From contig NC_058130.1 in NCBI RefSeq assembly GCF_016433145.1, positions 59,083,798 to 59,147,797 on the forward strand: DNA of 64,000 bases, given 5' to 3'. Source of the stretch: Gracilinanus agilis. Lineage: Eukaryota. Positions 60,094-64,000 of this stretch are shown here, piece after piece. Below the pieces are notes generated by a model. That model was given only the letters and a program-made list of their open reading frames with translations. It did not search any database and was not told the DNA's origin. Within the stretch, counting starts at the first letter, position 1. Each line of letters starts with the position of its first letter. The translations under genes were made by a program, and so were the position numbers.

Positions 60094-62611
60094 CAAATGC
60101 ATTAGACAGGAGATGGAGTGTTGTGTACAAGAAAGAGCAAAAAGGTCAGGGTCTCTGGATCTCTAAATCATAGTGCGTTTAAAGGGAAATTTTATAAAAT
60201 AAAAGGAAACTGGAAGATATGATTAACTAATTCTTTGAGTTCCAATTGTGTTTTGGCTAGGTGTTTTATTTCATAGACTTAAAGAAAATTAGAGCTTGGA
60301 AGTACTTTAGGGACTATTTAGTCTATATTCCTCTCTCCCCCATTTGACAGAAGGGGAAACTGAGAGCTCAAGGTCACTTATCAGGTTAGTAGTAATATTG
60401 CAATTAGAATATAGGTCTCATGCCTCCTGGGCTAGCATTAGGACATGCTGCTTGGCCTGTGTCTCCGAGGAAGTGAGATTCATATTGAGCATTCTGGAAA
60501 TAAATTTAGTTGGCTAGATTTCCTCTCCAGCTGGCAAATTGGACTCTATTAAAGAGTGTGCCTTTCCTAGTCAGACTTCCTTAAGGCAGTCATGCCCAAA
60601 GGCTTCAGCCCAGCTCATTTAACCTTGGTCCTCTTAGAGACCACCTTGCCCTTTGAATTTAGCTGACTCCTGAATCTTTCACCCCAAAAGATGCTTTTAT
60701 GAGTCATCTGCAAGGCAGGACACCCTCTTAAGGAAAGAATGGCTGGTGGCTCTTGGGAATGTGTGAACATAATATTAAAGCCTATTAATGTAACTAGTAT
60801 TCATTAATCAGTGCTCACGTGCTAGAGAGAGACAAGAAGAGGGTGTGTGTGTAAGATTACCACTATGATGCTCATGGGATCATAGATCTAGACTGTGAAG
60901 GAATGTCAGAGATGGCTAGTCCTATCCTCTCATTGTATGGGTGAGGAAACCTAGACCTAGTTCTAGAGATATAAAGATAAAAGATGAAATAATTTATGTT
61001 CTAAAGGAAGTTACATTCTCTTTGGGGATAGAGAGAATTGGGCATAGATAAGAAATAAATACAGGGTAACTGGAGATGGAAGAGAAGGGGGTGGTTCCTG
61101 AATTGGACCTTGAAAGAAAACTTTCCAGAGAATCAGGGAGATGAGGAGAGGGTATCGTGCATGTACAGGTGGGAGTATAATAGGTATAGGCTTTAAAAGT
61201 ATAAATGCAGATTTTTGCAAGTATATTAGGGAAAGCCTTGGCTGGAAGTCATGGACATTCTGAATAGAATGCAGGGGGTAGGGAGAAGAGAGCTAAGCAA
61301 TAGACATTGCTGTTTTGTGAGGTGTTTGGAACAGAAGTGCAATTTGGAACAGAAGAAGCAGTCCCTATTTGACCTGGGATCTTGGAGAGTGGTGAAGATT
61401 GTAAAGGCTGAAGACATCATCCTGCAAGTCAACTCTGAGTAGGGAAGAGGCCTGTGTTCTGGTGGACAGTTTGCAGACATCTCTCCCTACCTGGTTACTT
61501 TTGGATCCTTGGCCGTGGAGGAGTTGGTTCCTGGTATCCTGAAGACATCTCTGGATCAGTTGTGAGAACCCAAATCCAAGCCCTCTTCCTCAGGTCCTTA
61601 GCCAAGCTGTCAAACCTGGCAGAAGCTAGGTTGGCTAAGGAACTTACCCTTTTTGACTCCAGTCCTGGGCAGTTAGACATAGTTTCTCTCCTCTCCTCTC
61701 AAAAAACAAACTGTTTCCCTGTGTATTTTCTTTGTACCTTGACGTTCCCATAGTGTGTATTTATTATACTCTGAGTTTATCCCTTTTCTAAATGGAGCAG
61801 GGTGACAGTTAAGCCTAACTGTCACTTCTGTCAACAGTCATTTCCCGTAACAGTTAAACCCAGTTTCCCTAACTTGTTAAGTCCCCATTTATTGTCCTTT
61901 CCTGTCTCCTGCTCACCCTTCTGAACCCAGATATAATATTTAAGGTATCTCTCCTGGTTTTCCCCATAAGAGGATATAAGAGTGTCAAGTCTCATATCCT
62001 CTGTTGGGTTTTAAACAAGGGTTCTGCCATCTTTCTATTCTTGAATCCCTAGTGCCCAACACAGGGCATCACACATAGCAGGTATTTAATGACCTTTAAA
62101 TCGAGTTGAACAAACTCCCTCCATCCCATCATTTTATAGAGGAGGAAACCAAATCCCATAGGGGGCATGTGAATTGTGTAAGGTTATTCCTCAAGGGGTA
62201 TTCCCTGATGCTGAATGTGGGGCTGTGCACAAGGCTGGTACTCAGCTGTGTTTTTCAGAAGTGATGGTGAAGATGGTGATGAAGATCACATTGAATCTTT
62301 GATCCAGGCATTATTTCATAACTGTCTCTCATAATTAAATCACAAAGCTGAGGGACCCACACACAGCCTTATGGAATATTTAGAACTAAAGTTATAACTT
62401 GAGACCATTCCTGCCTTCTGTGATAGTCACAGAAATATTAACCTAAGCAGCTTTTCTGGTTCAGTCTGTATGTGATTCAATTCAACAAATACTTATTAAG
62501 TTCCTCCTCTTATAGACAGCTATGATATAGAAGTGGATGCCATTTCTACCCTTCATACACACAGGCTAATGTGATCTTGGGCAAGTCACTTAACTTTTTA
62601 GGGTTCTAGAT

Positions 62612-64000
62612 TACAGGTGTCAAACTCCTGCCAACAGACACAAGTGGTCTTGAACTACTTTGAGTATGTTCAAATCAGATGAAAACATAATATGGGTAGC
62701 CAAGATGGTGGTGTAGTAGCAGGAGCCTTTTAAATCTTCTTCCAACTGATCATTACAAAGTGTCTCAAAAGGGCACAAATCAAAACTGGATGAGTAAAGG
62801 GGCTATTCTGCTGAATGCAGCATTAAAGGTAGGCAGGGAGTGGGGATTCCTACACTATATATATTAGGGGATGGAACTACATACACTATCAAAGTGCAAA
62901 CTGATCACCCCTTCCCCACACCACCTACCACACTAGAGCCAGAACAACGGCTGGGCAATCTCTAAATTCTCGGGGGTTGGCTGAAAGCACCATAGACTTA
63001 CCCCTGAGGGCAGTGCAAGGCCCTCGCAGTGAGATTCAAGGCTGAAGAGTGTGGAACTTGGGCAGCAGAGCTTGCAGCTTGGGAAGAAACACAACTGGCC
63101 ACAGCTGAGGCAGCAGGGGCTAGAAATATAGCCTCAGGGCAAAATGCTTTAAAGCACCTGCTACACAAAGAACATCATAGATCTACCTGCACTCAGGCTT
63201 CTGACGGGGAAGGGAAGATACTACCAAGGGAAAATCCTGTGAGACAGAAGCTAAGAAAACAATGACATCAACATGCAGGAACCCCACTCCACTAGTGGCA
63301 AAAGGAAAAAACAATTGCAAAAAAAAGCTCTTGACCTTGGATAATGTCTATGGAAAAAAAGAGCAAAATACAGAAACAACAGCAGAGAGTGAAAAGCAAA
63401 CAAATTCATCCAAACTTTCAAAAAATGGTAATTGGACACAAACTCTCAAGGAACTCAAAAAAGAGTTCAAGAACCAAGTAAGAAAGATAGCAGAAAAATG
63501 GGAAAAAAAGTGGGAAAAATAAATGAAAGTAATACAAAAAGAAAATAACAGCTTAAAAGACAAAATTACCCATATAGAAAAAGTGGCACAGAAATCAAAA
63601 GAAGTAATAAGCAAATTGAAGACCAGAATTAACCTGCTAGAAGCCATGAAAAGCAGGATAGACCAAACCAAAAAGGAAATCAAAAGATCATAGCTGAAAA
63701 TCAGTCTTTAAAGACTAGAATTGAGCAAGTAGAAGCTAATGATCTCATGAGGCAGCAAGAATTAATAAGGCGAAATCAAAAGAATGAAAAAATAGAAGGA
63801 AACATGAAATATCTTGTTTAAAAGACAACTGACCTGGAAAACAGATCTAGGAGAGACAATTTGAGAATTATTGGTCTCCTGAAAGCCTGGAACAACAACA
63901 ACAAAAAAAGCCTTGACATCATATTACAAGAAATTATCCAAGAAAAACATAATAGGGAAATCATTAACAAAATAATGAAACAATATAGTAGACATAGATA
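62612..64000. mobile_element. Marsupial hAT-type MITE split by an L1 insertion (arms about 62612-62692 and 63944 to the window end)
   Basis: Starts ...aggtgtcaaac after a hAT-like target ttctagat. The two arms join into a continuous ...cagatgaaaacataatagggaaatcattaacaaaata...acatagata, resembling a recalled marsupial MITE. Confidence 0.5.
62693..63943 (+). mobile_element. L1 with intact 5' end (5' UTR and degraded ORF1 from 63262), truncated at the 3' side within ORF1
   Basis: Begins gggtagccaagatgg, a typical L1 start. ORF1 remnants include DLENRSRRDNLRIIGL and SLDIILQEIIQE. Flanked by aaaacataata at 62682-62692 and 63944-63954. Confidence 0.9.

Noticed and set aside
61868-61950. Good-looking acceptor (cccag| at 61930) followed by a 14-nt stretch and gtatct
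   Set aside because: It does not encode the expected exon 2 start, the donor is weak and the frame is not preserved.
46711-64000. Non-palmitoylated GRIP2 first exon (MLAVSLKWRL-type) and shared exon 2 (DDGPYSK-type)
   Set aside because: Looked for by eye and not found. They probably lie beyond the window, so the GRIP2 call rests on one exon.

Overview
Repeat-rich mammalian genomic DNA. The SINE1-type, MAR1 and MIR CORE-SINEs, marsupial L1/L2/RTE remnants and opossum-type hAT MITEs point to a didelphid marsupial, most likely Monodelphis domestica. About 45 kb of apparently intergenic sequence leads to a CpG island at ~46.0-47.1 kb. The island holds one recognisable coding exon, 46656-46710 (+): MPGWRKNLALCLQRMQDE plus a phase-1 AAG|GTAAGC donor. 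This matches the palmitoylated (Cys11) first exon of GRIP2/ABP (pABP-L), an AMPA-receptor PDZ scaffold. The rest of the window is intron; I did not find the shared exon 2 or the non-palmitoylated first exon. Leads worth checking: (1) three more CpG-retaining patches, each with an ATG and a phase-1 donor, one encoding a Cys-rich MGC- N-terminus, which could be unannotated alternative first exons; (2) a uORF and an in-frame upstream ATG before the palmitoylation exon; (3) a 5'-intact but 3'-truncated L1 flanked by a target-site duplication; (4) an L1 split by 681 bp of non-L1 DNA with a 23-nt duplication; (5) a probable mRNA 3'-end retrocopy; (6) an 87-bp minisatellite built from a SINE core; (7) a flip in retroelement orientation at the CpG island. 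Repeat family names are from recalled consensus sequences, not from a database search, and most repeat boundaries are approximate. There are two assembly gaps.
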